This document shows, piece by piece, positions 62,231 through 64,000 of a stretch of DNA of 64,000 bases (position 1 is its first letter; the number at the start of each line of letters is the position of its first letter). Source of the DNA: Octopus sinensis (lineage: Eukaryota); the NCBI RefSeq assembly GCF_006345805.1, contig NC_043006.1, forward strand, positions 43,152,001 to 43,216,000, given 5' to 3'. Under the pieces are notes generated by a model. It was not told where the DNA came from. It ran no database searches and was given only the letters and a program-made list of their open reading frames with translations. Position numbers and translations under genes: made by a program.

Positions 62231-62329
62231 AATATTATCATCATTATTATTATTATTACTAATAATAATAATAATGATTCTCTAGGACTTCCCCAAACAT
62301 ACCGACGAAACTATAAAAGCTAAATAACT

Positions 62330-63115
62330 GGCATCGTCAAGGTTAGTTGTACTGCCACGTAGTGCATCTTTATTTTGCGGTGTTTCTCCCCTGTTCGTTG
62401 ATTTTTGCGATGGCTGAAACAAAGGAACAGCGTGCTTCTGTGAAATTTTGTTTTCTGCTAGGGAAAATGGTGGCCAAAACAGTTGTCATGCCTCAAACAG
62501 CTTACCAGAACACTGCCATGAACAAAATGAGTGGTTTTCACACTTTAGGAATGGTTACTTGTCATTTGAAGACCAGCCTCATTCAGGGTGACCACTGATC
62601 TTCTGAACAAATGAAAATGTTATTAAAATTCCTGAATTGATCTTGGGAGTACCATCGCCGAACAATTTACGAGCTTGTTGATATGACTGGTGTGTCCTGG
62701 AGCACCTGCCAATGAATTTTGAGCAAGGAATTCCGAATGAAAAGCGTTGTAGCAAAATTTGTGTTTCGCTTGCTGATGGAATATCAAAAACAGTCACGAA
62801 TGAATGTGTGTCATAAACTGAAAGAACAGTTGTAAGTTGATCTTGCTCCCTGCAACATTTTTGGTTTTTTTACCCCGAATGAAAAAACTCCTTAAAGGAA
62901 AACCTTTTGCAGATGTGGAAGAGGAGAAGAAAAAAACCGACGGAGCTGTTAAAAGGCACCACTTCGCAAGAGTTCTAAGACTGCTTCGAGCAGTGGAAGG
63001 TGCGACTGGACCGATGCATCGCTTCAAATGCATAATACTTTGAAGGCAGTATAAGTGTAAACACGTAAAACTAAGTGATTAAAACAATCGGGTAAAATTC
63101 CGGTCTCTTTCCCCC
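62330..63115 (+). mobile_element. Internally deleted mariner (irritans-like)
   Basis: MAETKEQRASVKFCFLLGK N-terminus, KLKGKPFADVEE and FEQWKVRLDRCIASN C-terminal remnants. The catalytic core is mostly missing and TIRs are not resolved. Confidence 0.75.
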
Positions 63116-63239
63116 CTCTCTGTACATACACATACAAAAAAAGTAATTAATTAGCGTGTAGCCGTCAGCCAGGTGAAGAAGAAAAAATCATCATGACTAT
63201 CAATGTTATATAATTTTTTGTGAAAAAATATTAACTTAC

Positions 63240-63300
63240 CCAAATATCTACCAAAGTGAACTGGCTCAGCCAAAGACAGCACCAAGAGAAATTTTAACAT
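63240..63300 (-). CDS. Candidate exon ([20 protein letters not shown])
   Basis: Strong donor TGG|GTAAGT at 63240/63239 and one open frame, but a weak AAG acceptor. Confidence 0.2.
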
Positions 63301-63371
63301 CTTTTTATACACAAAATATTGTAGAAATATGAATATTCGACATATATATATATATATATATATACACATAC

Positions 63372-63405
<34 letters not shown>

Positions 63406-64000
63406 GTATATATATATACACATACATATATATATATACATATGTATATATATGTATATATATATACATATATATATATATATAATATATATATATCTGT
63501 GTGTGTGTATACATATAAATATGCATATACATATGTATGTATCTATGTATGTATACATATAGCGAGAGAGAGACACACACACAGACAGACAGAGACAGAG
63601 TAATATATATATATATATATATTATGAATGTGTGTGTGTGTATAGACACGCATATATATAAAATGCATAACTACTTGTTTTTTTGTTCTGCTGTTCTTGA
63701 AAAATTAAGAGCTGTCACGTATATGCATACATGTCTATATGAGTGTCTGTATATATGATACACACACATATATCTATATAAACACATAACTACTTTTCTA
63801 TTTTTATTTTCTATCTATCTATCTATTTATTTACTTGTTTTAAATAAACAGACCTGTCAAAAACACTTGCACAATCACCAGTTTACTGATGTATCAAAGT
63901 AAAATGTTACAGAACACCTTTCTTCAATCATTCGAAATTTTGCCTTTGCTATTGGTTGTTGGTAAACATGAAACCACTAATGTTTGGGGATTTTTTTTTT

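Overview
AT-rich, microsatellite-saturated animal nuclear DNA. The repeat repertoire looks like an octopod cephalopod genome (inference, not proven). No host protein-coding gene is identifiable with confidence; only a few weak minus-strand exon candidates were found. The window is mostly transposable elements: one young full-length CsRn1-type Ty3/Gypsy LTR retrotransposon (28974-34843, with a -1 frameshift signal), a 5'-truncated RTE LINE with a PHD finger inside its RT and a tandem-repeat 3' UTR, at least eight fragments of R4/Dong-type RLE LINEs at (TAA)n tracts, four mariner copies, two non-autonomous Helitrons, several MITEs and dozens of SINEs. The most unusual system is a short (~250-280 nt) non-coding retroelement built as tRNA-like Pol III head + (AAT)n + Penelope-type terminal repeat carrying a minimal type-I hammerhead ribozyme. 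It occurs five times, three times as TSD-flanked inverted partial tandems with Penelope geometry. A ~420 bp duplication elsewhere in the window begins at the predicted ribozyme cleavage site.
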